IMG/VR virus record: IMGVR_UViG_2528311002_000006
Coordinates: 1 to 64,000 of that record
Length of the DNA: 64,000 nucleotides
Direction: 5' to 3' (one strand)
Origin: a virus
Taxonomy: Duplodnaviria; Caudoviricetes
Positions 37,502-46,072 of the stretch are shown here, in pieces (position 1 is the stretch's first letter; each line of letters opens with the position of its first letter). Both the position numbers and the translations under genes were made by a program. The notes under the pieces were generated by a model. That model did not search any database, was not told the DNA's origin, and worked only from the letters and a program-made list of their open reading frames with translations.

Positions 37502-37577
37502 AATAGATAAGGCCTCTACCGCGCCAACGGTAAAGGCCTTGAGTGAAGAGTCCCAAACAACTACGAAAGGAACAATC

Positions 37578-38486
37578 GTGAACAATTCTACAGCACTGAC
37601 CATCGCAGGCTCCAGCGTTCGCCAAGTCAACGGTCTGTATTCCCTGAATGATCTGCATAAAGCTAGTGGCGGCGAGGAAAATTTCAAACCTGCTTTTTTC
37701 CTGCGTAACGATCAAGCGCAGGCGTTGGTAGCGGAAATCGCAAAAGGTGCAGATCTGCACCTTTTCCTGAAATCAACCAAGGGGCGCAACGGGGGCACCT
37801 TCGCTTGCAAAGAGCTCGTCATTGCCTATGCCGCCTGGATCAGCGCGGCGTTTCACCTCAAGGTGATTCGCGTGTTTCTGTCCGCTGCCACACAGCAGCA
37901 TGAACCTGTTCAAGCCACCCTTGATTACGACCGCATCAGCCCTGCCCAAGCGCAAGATCTCAAGGAAATTGTTGAGGCCATCGTCAAGGCCGGCATTCAG
38001 AACTATGCGGAAACTTGGAGGCGCTTGCAAAACAAGTTCAAGGTCAACAGCTACTTGGCCCTGAACCCTGGTCAATATGAAGCCGCGCGCTCTTACCTGA
38101 TTGCAAAACTGCCGGACGGCTACTGCAGCGATGTTGTCGATCCAATATCTAAACCCAAGTCCAACGCGCCAGACATAGGCCTTGCGTTCACTATTGCCGC
38201 CGAGGCTGCGGCCAAGGTGCAGCGCGCGGTGTTCGATAGCGCCATGTCGGGTGCCCCAGACTGGAAGCATGGCCGCTACCTGTTGAGTGTAGGCGCGCAC
38301 GCTCAGCAGATCGAACCCGACGCCTTCGTCTTACCGATTGATCGTCTGCCCGGAGCGATCGAGGCGAGCACGAACTTGGATGCTCAGACACTGATGCAAC
38401 TCGCATCCGCATGTATGACGAAGCTGGGCCACATGGCTCAAAGCACTGCAGCCTCATCTAGCAACTTGATCGAAGCCACAGCGTAG
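37578..38486 (+). CDS. antirepressor (KilA-N + ORF6C-like domains)
   Basis: YSLNDLHKASGG...GGTFACKELVIAYAAWISAAFHLKVIR; W..LQNKFKVNSY; GTG start with AAAGGA. Confidence 0.88.
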   Translation: MNNSTALTIAGSSVRQVNGLYSLNDLHKASGGEENFKPAFFLRNDQAQALVAEIAKGADLHLFLKSTKGRNGGTFACKELVIAYAAWISAAFHLKVIRVFLSAATQQHEPVQATLDYDRISPAQAQDLKEIVEAIVKAGIQNYAETWRRLQNKFKVNSYLALNPGQYEAARSYLIAKLPDGYCSDVVDPISKPKSNAPDIGLAFTIAAEAAAKVQRAVFDSAMSGAPDWKHGRYLLSVGAHAQQIEPDAFVLPIDRLPGAIEASTNLDAQTLMQLASACMTKLGHMAQSTAASSSNLIEATA

Positions 38487-38528
38487 TTCCAGTTCAATCA
38501 AACTTTTCAATTCCCAGGAAAATTCGAA

Positions 38529-38873
38529 GTGGATACCAACGCAATCACTCTTAATAATCAAGGCGCGCAGCACTCGACCTTGATGCTCTTGCGCAAGCCA
38601 GTGCGCATGATCGACCGCTACGGAGATACTTGGCTTGTGGTTTCTGACCTGTATGCCGCAATCGGTGTTACAGCAAAGTTCGAGCAGCACTGGAAAGAGG
38701 TTCCAGAAATGGAGCGCGACGTTTACTTCTTCAAGGTAAACACTGGCAAAGCTATTACCGAGAAGATCATCAGCGTTGAAGGCCTGCAAGTCTTACTCAA
38801 GAATGTCCCAATTCCTGTGGCAAGCAAGGTTCTGCAGTGGGCACAGATGTCACTGACAGCTGAGGCTGCATAA
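38529..38873 (+). CDS. Bro-N-like protein
   Basis: PVRMIDRYGDTWLVVSDLYAAIG...ISVEGL. Confidence 0.65.
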   Translation: MDTNAITLNNQGAQHSTLMLLRKPVRMIDRYGDTWLVVSDLYAAIGVTAKFEQHWKEVPEMERDVYFFKVNTGKAITEKIISVEGLQVLLKNVPIPVASKVLQWAQMSLTAEAA

Positions 38874-38893
38874 CAAAATCCCGCCTTCACCAC

Positions 38894-38916
38894 AGCCCGC
38901 GCCTGCGGGCTTTTTT
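38894..38916 (+). terminator. intrinsic terminator
   Basis: AGCCCGC-GCCT-GCGGGCT followed by a T-run. Confidence 0.8.
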
Positions 38917-38943
38917 GCGACTGCATGTTACATTCCTCCGAAA

Positions 38944-39438
38944 ATGGAGGGGGATATGCTTTATTTCATCGCCTGCGCTTCAATTGCGGCATACATGGCC
39001 TACTGGCTCACGCCACGCCTGCTGAAGCTGCCATTGCTTGCAGTGCCAGGAGGGATAGTTAGCGGCTTGGTGATTGGGAGCGTGCTGGTATTTGGCGTGC
39101 TGTCTATATCAGGTGCTGCAATGGTACAAAGCGAAATCCCCCGCGCGTTTGGGCAAGCCTTCTGGTGGTGCCTCATTGCTGCTGGCACTGGCTACTTCGC
39201 AGCCAAGGCCACGTCAGTATCAGACAAATTGATGAGTGCTGGTGCTGTCGCTTTGGTCGCAGTGCTGATGCTGGTATTGGCGGCAAGTGTCTCAAACACA
39301 AGCCAGACTGCTGCCGAAGTGCAATCCACCCCTGCCCCGATGATCAAATCCACACCAGTGCAACAGCTTCCCAAAGTTGACCGCTACGGGAGGCCGTGCA
39401 CTGAGATCAGCGAGTTCCTCAAGGAATGCACCCGCTAA
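38944..39438 (+). CDS. four-TM membrane moron protein
   Basis: four hydrophobic segments; opposite strand to the virion genes. Confidence 0.75.
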   Translation: MEGDMLYFIACASIAAYMAYWLTPRLLKLPLLAVPGGIVSGLVIGSVLVFGVLSISGAAMVQSEIPRAFGQAFWWCLIAAGTGYFAAKATSVSDKLMSAGAVALVAVLMLVLAASVSNTSQTAAEVQSTPAPMIKSTPVQQLPKVDRYGRPCTEISEFLKECTR

Positions 39439-39441
39439 GGC

Positions 39442-41466
39442 CTATCGGTTGTAGCCCAGCTTCTCCAACTCGGCCACCTTCTGGTCATAGGTGAGCCTGG
39501 GGTTGTCGCGGATGGCCAAGGCCTGCTTGTTCGCATCTATCGCCTGCAGCGATCTTTCAGCACCACCTACAAACTGCTGGTTGACTGTATCGAAGACCAT
39601 AGTGGGCTCGCGCACAGTCTGGCCATCGACTACCGATGTGCCGCCGCCCACGGTCATGTAGCGATCCTTGCCCTGCGGGTCGGCTGTCTTGAGTCCAAAC
39701 ACATCTGGATGCTGGCGAATGATCGACATGCGCTCAGCCTCGGTCGCAGCATTGTCGTAGCGACTCATGATGTCGTTGGCGCGGCGCGCTTTGGTCACCT
39801 CCTGAGCCGTCAGCGCCGCACGCGAGTTCGCTTCCGGACCACGCTGAGCCAACTCCGCAGCAACGAGGGCATTGCGACCAGCTACGCGGTAATACTCGCC
39901 CTGTTCGCGCAACGCCTCCCTCTGCAATCCACCGCTTTGCCGCATCGCTTCCTGCTGAAGGTCACCCTGAATCTTGGCATTGCCAGCATCCATGGCGTCG
40001 AGCGACCTGAGCGCTTGCGCGCCACGAGCAGCAGTAGGCTTGTGGATGGAGCTCGCCTGTGTCTCGGCATCCTTTCGCTGTTGCTCGGGGGTGCGGCCCC
40101 AAGCATTGCCGCTTCCAGAGCCCTGGCCGATTGAGCCGGAAAACCCCGCCTGGGTCTGCTGCTCAGCGTTCTGACCACCGAAATCCTGGCCGCGCCCAGC
40201 GTAATGGGAGCGCACAGCATCGAAGTCGCCCCTCGCTGCCGCAGCCGCGAGCGCGGAATCCACCCCGGCTGCACCACCTCCCACACCTGGGGCTGCTGCC
40301 GTGCCCCTCTCGCCCGGCTGCCGCTGGTCATAAGCGGGGTTGTAGCCCACTCGCTGACCAATCAAGCCTTCGCGTTGGGCCTGTTCAACGAACATCCCCA
40401 CAGGAGAGCGGCCAGCAGACGCGCCAGAGGTCAGCGGGTTGCCACTCGGAAAAGCATAGTTGCCTGCACCGTCCATCCCAACAGAAGCGCCCGCTGGGGT
40501 CGAATCTACCCGGCTGAAACCATTGCCGCGAATGCCTGCACCAGGCAGCGGCTTGCCCGCACCATCGGCGTAAGACACCGGCCCCGACACATCAGTGCCG
40601 CTGAAGGACATGGTTCCATTGGGCTGGCGCTGCATGGTCACTCGGCCACCCGGGTTGGCTTGTGCCACCTCGGCATTGCTCATGCCGGTACGATCCCATT
40701 GGGCCATGGGGTTGCCAGATACTGTCGCACCACTGGCCATGGTCGGGGTCGGTGCGCTGGGGTCAGCCATCGGCGGATTGATGGAGCCGCGCCCGCCACC
40801 GACTTCAGCGGCTCCCGCTCCGGCACCAGCGGTCTGAGCTGGCTGCACAGCTGCAGCGCCAGGCGCTTTGCTGCTGGCGGTCTGTTGCATGCGCTTTTGG
40901 TCGGTGAACGGCGTCATGCTGCTCGGATCGACGCCATCAGGTACCAGGTGGGGGCTCAGGTAGCTGGCATTGACGCCGGCTGCGCGCATGGGCCGAACCA
41001 CGGCACTGTCATATGCACCCACCACGCCGCGAGGCACGAGCATCGCCATATCTGCAATGGCGCGACCTGCGTCGTCGTTCACATCCTTGACGGTATCCCA
41101 GGCCGCACCGACTCGCGCTCTATCGGACTGAGCCTGCGGGGACAGTGGCACGGCAGCGGCGGAACCTGCAGCAGAATTCGCAGCTGGCGCAGGTGTGAAG
41201 CCCGGCGATTGCGCGCTAGGTTTAGGGGCGGTCGCTGGCGCGGCAGGTGTGTTCATCGCCGCGTCCGCAATAGGGTTCGACTTCTGTTGCGCTTGAGCCG
41301 GCTGCTGCACAAGCGGATTACCACCGATGCCCGCAGGCACTTTGGCAAAGCGACTGGCATTGCTCGGGTCAGTCGAAGCAGCCAAGCTCTGAACTTGCCC
41401 GGCCTTTGCATCAGCTGCTGCTACGGCTTGCTGCTGTCGCTGGATTTCATCTTTGGGGTTGGCCAT
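39442..41466 (-). CDS. 674-aa low-complexity protein, probable internal virion/ejection protein
   Basis: A/G/Q/P-rich; lies between the head genes and the giant protein. Confidence 0.7.
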   Translation of the reverse strand: MANPKDEIQRQQQAVAAADAKAGQVQSLAASTDPSNASRFAKVPAGIGGNPLVQQPAQAQQKSNPIADAAMNTPAAPATAPKPSAQSPGFTPAPAANSAAGSAAAVPLSPQAQSDRARVGAAWDTVKDVNDDAGRAIADMAMLVPRGVVGAYDSAVVRPMRAAGVNASYLSPHLVPDGVDPSSMTPFTDQKRMQQTASSKAPGAAAVQPAQTAGAGAGAAEVGGGRGSINPPMADPSAPTPTMASGATVSGNPMAQWDRTGMSNAEVAQANPGGRVTMQRQPNGTMSFSGTDVSGPVSYADGAGKPLPGAGIRGNGFSRVDSTPAGASVGMDGAGNYAFPSGNPLTSGASAGRSPVGMFVEQAQREGLIGQRVGYNPAYDQRQPGERGTAAAPGVGGGAAGVDSALAAAAARGDFDAVRSHYAGRGQDFGGQNAEQQTQAGFSGSIGQGSGSGNAWGRTPEQQRKDAETQASSIHKPTAARGAQALRSLDAMDAGNAKIQGDLQQEAMRQSGGLQREALREQGEYYRVAGRNALVAAELAQRGPEANSRAALTAQEVTKARRANDIMSRYDNAATEAERMSIIRQHPDVFGLKTADPQGKDRYMTVGGGTSVVDGQTVREPTMVFDTVNQQFVGGAERSLQAIDANKQALAIRDNPRLTYDQKVAELEKLGYNR

Positions 41467-41483
41467 GGCCTATCCTTTCGGGA

Positions 41484-42140
41484 TCAGGCCAGCGGAGCGG
41501 GCAATGCCCCTGCACCGTCCCTCACCCAGTTTTCATTGCGCAGGCTGCTCTTCTTGCCAAACTCAGCCTCGAATTTCCGCAGCGCGGTCTCGGATTTGTT
41601 CGGGTCGTACAGATCAACGTCCTGAGTTCCGTACACGCGATGTATGACCCACTCCACCAATGCAGGGTGCGCCTCTTCCCTGATCTCCGGCCTGTCGGAG
41701 TCAACGACCATAGGCTTCATTGGCAGGCGCTGGACGCTCAGCCGGACTTCCCCACTCTGGTTCGGGATGGGCCAAAGGTGCAAAGCGTCAGTGGTGAGCC
41801 CGGAAATCAAGACCCTGGGCTTATCGCGCTGGGAGTCAAACTGCCAGTTGGGATGATTGAGATCCATCACATCGACCGGCACCACCCTGACCTGGCAGCC
41901 ATCCACGTAGGAACGCAACACTTTCAGCACCCTGCGATCGAACTGGATCAGCTCGGCGCCGGCCTGGAACTGCACCTGACACATGGCACCGGTGGACTGC
42001 AAGAGCAATTGCCCTCTGCGGCAGGCCTCGTCCTGCGCTTCCTTCAGATACAGGCGCACGGTGTCGTCGTCACACAGGTGGGGCTCTTCCTTGTCCTGCG
42101 CCCTGAAGCGATACAAAGCAATGAGCTCTTCGAGTGTCAT
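41484..42140 (-). CDS. head-tail adaptor-like protein
   Basis: MTLEELI..YR...D...YL.EAQ.EACRR...PEI....H.ALV.W. Confidence 0.7.
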   Translation of the reverse strand: MTLEELIALYRFRAQDKEEPHLCDDDTVRLYLKEAQDEACRRGQLLLQSTGAMCQVQFQAGAELIQFDRRVLKVLRSYVDGCQVRVVPVDVMDLNHPNWQFDSQRDKPRVLISGLTTDALHLWPIPNQSGEVRLSVQRLPMKPMVVDSDRPEIREEAHPALVEWVIHRVYGTQDVDLYDPNKSETALRKFEAEFGKKSSLRNENWVRDGAGALPAPLA

Positions 42141-42157
42141 GTCGCGCCCGGCTTGAG

Positions 42158-42634
42158 TTAGCGGCGCTGGGCCAGGATCTCACGCAGCCACTGGTGGCCA
42201 CGCGCATCGGGATCGTGGATCACGGTAAACGGGTACTTGAGTACATGGCGCTGTGTCAGCTTGTTCATGCGCTCGCCGAGAGCTATGTCCAAGGTCTGGT
42301 CATAGTCAGTCTTTTTGGCGCGGGCCAGCACTTCCACATACTTGCGCTTCACATCAATGGGAATGTCGCGCGGCAGATAGATGAACGAGCCATTGACGCC
42401 CACAGGCACGCTGGGGGTTTCATCGTCGGCTCCATTGGAGGCAACGATGATGGTCAGCAGATCGTTCATGAAGGCTTCGTGCGCGACATCATCCATGCCC
42501 ACTTCGGTAACGATCGACTCCACATCGCCCGCAGCCTCGCCCAGCACCAGCTCGGGGGCCGCGCCCAGATACTCAGCACCGGCATCCACCTCGCGCTGCT
42601 TACCGCCACGACGACCGACAGTAGATCCATTCAT
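42158..42634 (-). CDS. conserved phage protein after the capsid gene
   Basis: VGVNG....PR.....VKRKYVEVLARA...YPFTV..DP. Confidence 0.8.
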   Translation of the reverse strand: MNGSTVGRRGGKQREVDAGAEYLGAAPELVLGEAAGDVESIVTEVGMDDVAHEAFMNDLLTIIVASNGADDETPSVPVGVNGSFIYLPRDIPIDVKRKYVEVLARAKKTDYDQTLDIALGERMNKLTQRHVLKYPFTVIHDPDARGHQWLREILAQRR

Positions 42635-42698
42635 TTGTATTTCCTTGAAGAAGTACCAAAGGCGGGCCGCCCTTACCTAGCAGCCCGCCTTGTGGGGT

Positions 42699-43739
42699 TT
42701 AGACCAGATCGGAGACGCCGGCCTCAACCACCGCCATCCAGCCTTCGTTGAGCAGCACGCAGTTCATGTAGAACTTGGCGCCCACATAGCCACGCTGGCC
42801 CAGAGGGTCGGACTTGTCCTTGGTGCCAGGCGGGATGTAGGTCGGATCGAGCGCGTTGGCACCGCGCAGTGCCAACTGGCCCCATGCGTCTTCACCGGTC
42901 ACGACGAACGGATACACGTCCACATTGGTATCACCCAGCAAGCCGGTACCGCCCACGGCCGCGCCAGCACCCAGGTAAGGTGCCAGCTCGGGGCTGGTCA
43001 CGAAGCGGTAGTTCTCGCAGGAGCCCAGCTCGTAGGGAGAGACAACCTTGCGCGAGCCATACTCGGCCACCGGCGTGAACTTGGGCAAGTCGCGGATGTC
43101 GGACTCGGCGTCGGACGACACGAACACCAGATACGAGGCTTCCACGGGGGAGGTCTTGATATTGGTGCTGGGCGCCAGAATGCCGGTGACGCGCTTGGCA
43201 TGGTTCGCCTGCAGGCCACGGCTGACCTTGCGCAGAATGGGCAGTGTGATCTTGCCGGCCACGGTGGCGCGGCTGGACGCATTGCCGGCGTAGAACACAT
43301 TGGTGCACGCCTTGACCACGCCGTAGCGGATCATTTCGCGCAGCAGGCCGATACGCTCACCGCACTGCTTCTTCATTTCCGAAGACACATCATCCTCGTA
43401 GAAGTCTGCAGTCTGGTTGGTCAGCTGGTACAGGCAACCATATTCCTTGATGGTCACGGTAATGTCCTGGGGTACCAGCGAATCGGCCGTGGGCGTGACA
43501 CCTTCGGTCAGCTCGTGCTGAGCGGGGTCGGCCTTGGGGCGGTTGCGGGTGTTCCAGTCGGTATTGGCCGCGCCATGGGGCAGATAGCGGCGGTACACCA
43601 CGGTCTTGCCCTGGTTCTTGACCATGCCGCGCTGCTGACCTGTCAGGCCCAGCACTTCGCAGCTGACGGCGTGCGCCAGGATTTCGCCCTTGATTTTGCC
43701 AATCCGGGGCGTCGGATTGTTGCTCTCAAACTGAGCCAT
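42699..43739 (-). CDS. major capsid protein, N4-gp56 family
   Basis: LTEGVTP, EYG, FTPVAEYG...ELGSCENYRFV, DPLGQRGYVGAK. Confidence 0.92.
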   Translation of the reverse strand: MAQFESNNPTPRIGKIKGEILAHAVSCEVLGLTGQQRGMVKNQGKTVVYRRYLPHGAANTDWNTRNRPKADPAQHELTEGVTPTADSLVPQDITVTIKEYGCLYQLTNQTADFYEDDVSSEMKKQCGERIGLLREMIRYGVVKACTNVFYAGNASSRATVAGKITLPILRKVSRGLQANHAKRVTGILAPSTNIKTSPVEASYLVFVSSDAESDIRDLPKFTPVAEYGSRKVVSPYELGSCENYRFVTSPELAPYLGAGAAVGGTGLLGDTNVDVYPFVVTGEDAWGQLALRGANALDPTYIPPGTKDKSDPLGQRGYVGAKFYMNCVLLNEGWMAVVEAGVSDLV

Positions 43740-43768
43740 GACTCATCCTTTCGTACAGGCACAAAGGC

Positions 43769-44914
43769 CTACAGGCGCTGCTTGGCGACGGCATTGAACG
43801 CGGCTTCAAATTCCTCGTCCTCCGTCATCGCGGCAGCAGGCTTGGGAACATGCCCGGTCGGAGTCAGCGAGCGCTCCAGACGCTCCTGTGCCTTGGCGCT
43901 TTTGGTGACGGCGGCTTCACGCGCGGTCTTCCACTGCCCGAACGTGTCGAGCACACCGGCGAACTTTTCGGCGGTGTTGGCCTGCAGGTACTGCTGCTGA
44001 TACGACTGGTCTTGTGCACCAAGCCAGAGATTGAATTCCTGCCCAGCTACCGTCTCGCGCCAGCCGGGGCGAACGCGGTCGAGCACCAACTGCTCAACTT
44101 GGATGCTGGGGTCGCTTTGCTGCTGGGCAGCTACGGCCGAAGCCGTGTCTACGTGCTGGGATTCAGCCGAGGCGTGAACCTCGGCTGCAGCGGAATGCGG
44201 CATGTCCACGGGCAAAGCCGCGCCCTGCCCGCCAGGCTCGACCGGCGTTTTCTGCGCTTGCGGCAGCTGCTGGAGCTGCTGCATGCGGAGCATGGTGGTC
44301 ACGATGCCGCGCACCAAGCCCTCTTCGGAGTAATCACCGAAAGCGGCAGCATCAATCTTTGCTTGAGCCATCACATCGGTGACTGCCTTGTCAAAGGCCT
44401 CACCTTCCAGACCGGAGAGTGCAATGCCGCCGAAGTTACCGGGGGCATGTTCAGCCGGGGCCTTGCGGAGCCGGTCGTTCAACTCGCCAATCTTTCCGTG
44501 AACCTTGCGCAGGCCCGCGCTGAGCCCTTCCACTTCGGATGCACGCGATAGCAGGTTGCGCAGTTCGCGGCGGGTCAGGCCATCGAGCACAACCTCTTCG
44601 TTCGGGTCTGGATCTGCATCAGCCTGGCCGCTGCCATCTTCCGCACCGCCTTGCTGTCCGGTAGCTGGGGCCGCGCCCTGCTCACCAGATGCAGCCGCGC
44701 CCGCCTCGCCGGGGGGCACTTCGGTAGCGGGCGCTTGAGAAGCACCAGCGGCATCGGAGCCATTGGCATTGTCTTGGGCCGCGCCCTGCGCACCCTCGGT
44801 ACCGGCATCCACTGCATCGGCAGCTGCTGCTGCGGGTGCTTGCTGCTCGGGTTCGAGGTTCATCACAGAGGCAAAGCCTTGTTCAAAACCCTGGTCTTCC
44901 TGTTCCATGCTCAT
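43769..44914 (-). CDS. putative scaffolding protein
   Basis: acidic low-complexity protein upstream of MCP, ending EDEEFEAAF. Confidence 0.75.
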   Translation of the reverse strand: MSMEQEDQGFEQGFASVMNLEPEQQAPAAAAADAVDAGTEGAQGAAQDNANGSDAAGASQAPATEVPPGEAGAAASGEQGAAPATGQQGGAEDGSGQADADPDPNEEVVLDGLTRRELRNLLSRASEVEGLSAGLRKVHGKIGELNDRLRKAPAEHAPGNFGGIALSGLEGEAFDKAVTDVMAQAKIDAAAFGDYSEEGLVRGIVTTMLRMQQLQQLPQAQKTPVEPGGQGAALPVDMPHSAAAEVHASAESQHVDTASAVAAQQQSDPSIQVEQLVLDRVRPGWRETVAGQEFNLWLGAQDQSYQQQYLQANTAEKFAGVLDTFGQWKTAREAAVTKSAKAQERLERSLTPTGHVPKPAAAMTEDEEFEAAFNAVAKQRL

Positions 44915-44940
44915 GCGTATTGCTCCAAACGTCTATGGGT

Positions 44941-45183
44941 TCAGTAGCCGCCTGGGCTTATCTGACGACTGGCCCGGTCTTCCGCCTCTCGGCGTTTCGT
45001 GGGCATATCCAGCAACTCCTTCCACACCGCAATGCGTCCCCGGATTACCGAAGTGGCTTGCAGGTCGTGGCCGACGCCATCGTTTTTCAGTCGCAAATCG
45101 TCCAGCTGCTTGCGTGCATGGGCCTCGATGACCTTCCAGGCGTCGGAGTCGAAATCAATCTCAAGCTCGGGCGCCTTCTTCAT
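44941..45183 (-). CDS. small head-region protein
   Basis: start MKKAPEL at 45183; W....LR.KND....T..IRGRI...KELL. Confidence 0.75.
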   Translation of the reverse strand: MKKAPELEIDFDSDAWKVIEAHARKQLDDLRLKNDGVGHDLQATSVIRGRIAVWKELLDMPTKRREAEDRASRQISPGGY

Positions 45184-45217
45184 ATATCCAGCCAATACGC
45201 GCGTTACTGATGGATGA

Positions 45218-45259
45218 ATGCTCGTAGAGAGGGTGGGAATGTCTAAACCACATGCAGGG
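45218..45259 (-). promoter_or_regulatory. late promoter copy 5 (scaffold/capsid operon)
   Basis: minus strand CCCTGCATGTGG-TTTAGA-N18-GAGCAT. Confidence 0.75.
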
Positions 45260-45278
45260 GCGGCGCGCACTGGTCATG

Positions 45279-45302
45279 AAAAAACCGCCACTGCGGGCGG
45301 TT
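45279..45302 (-). terminator. intrinsic terminator after the portal operon
   Basis: minus strand AACCGCC-CGCAGT-GGCGGTT then T-run. Confidence 0.75.
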
Positions 45303-45333
45303 GGGCTATCGGCTCAGGAGCTCAGTGCTCGGA

Positions 45334-45978
45334 TCAATGTGCCTGCGAGAAGTCATGCTGTACGCTCTGCGCCCCTGACTCCAATTGCTGGGTTCGCTCG
45401 CCAGTGCCAGCATCCACGGCACCTGCCACATGCTCGGTGATCTTGGAGCTGCTGGGCAAAGGGACACCTTCCACCAATTTCTTGATGGTGGGCAGCACCT
45501 CGGAGGCCAGGCTTTCTCCCAACACCACAAAGAACGGCGGCTGTGCACATGCATTCAACACATCGATCTGGATAAATCCGCCGTCGCAGGACACATGCGC
45601 CAGGGCCTTGCCACAGGCGGTATCCACATCCAGGGAGATTGGCCCAATGGCTGGCTTGGGCGCGCCGCCTTCATTCGGGGAAGGCACAACACAAGCGCCC
45701 CACAGCATGAGCTGCAGCGCCAGATCCTTGGCCTGGGCTTCGGCTGACGCCGCGCCGCTGCTCTCCAAATGGATACCCACCATGTCTTCGACGCCCAGCA
45801 CCAAACCTTCGTAGCCGTTCGGCAGTTTTTGACTCGTCAAACTCAGGCAATCGTTGTCCCATACCCAGGTGATATGGCCGAAGTCATTGCCGTGCTCGTC
45901 TTTGAGCTTGATAGCTCGGGCTACGCCTTGGGGCGTGGCAAGGATTTCGTCGGTGAGGGTTTTGTGGTCAATGGTCAT
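45334..45978 (-). CDS. hypothetical protein
   Basis: 214-aa ORF co-oriented after the portal. Confidence 0.7.
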   Translation of the reverse strand: MTIDHKTLTDEILATPQGVARAIKLKDEHGNDFGHITWVWDNDCLSLTSQKLPNGYEGLVLGVEDMVGIHLESSGAASAEAQAKDLALQLMLWGACVVPSPNEGGAPKPAIGPISLDVDTACGKALAHVSCDGGFIQIDVLNACAQPPFFVVLGESLASEVLPTIKKLVEGVPLPSSSKITEHVAGAVDAGTGERTQQLESGAQSVQHDFSQAH

Positions 45979-46072
45979 GGTTGCTAAATAGGAATGAATG
46001 GATGGGAATGGACGGAAATGGATGGGGACTGCTGCCGTTTCAAGTCCAGCAGCTTCTACTCCCGCAGGCAGT

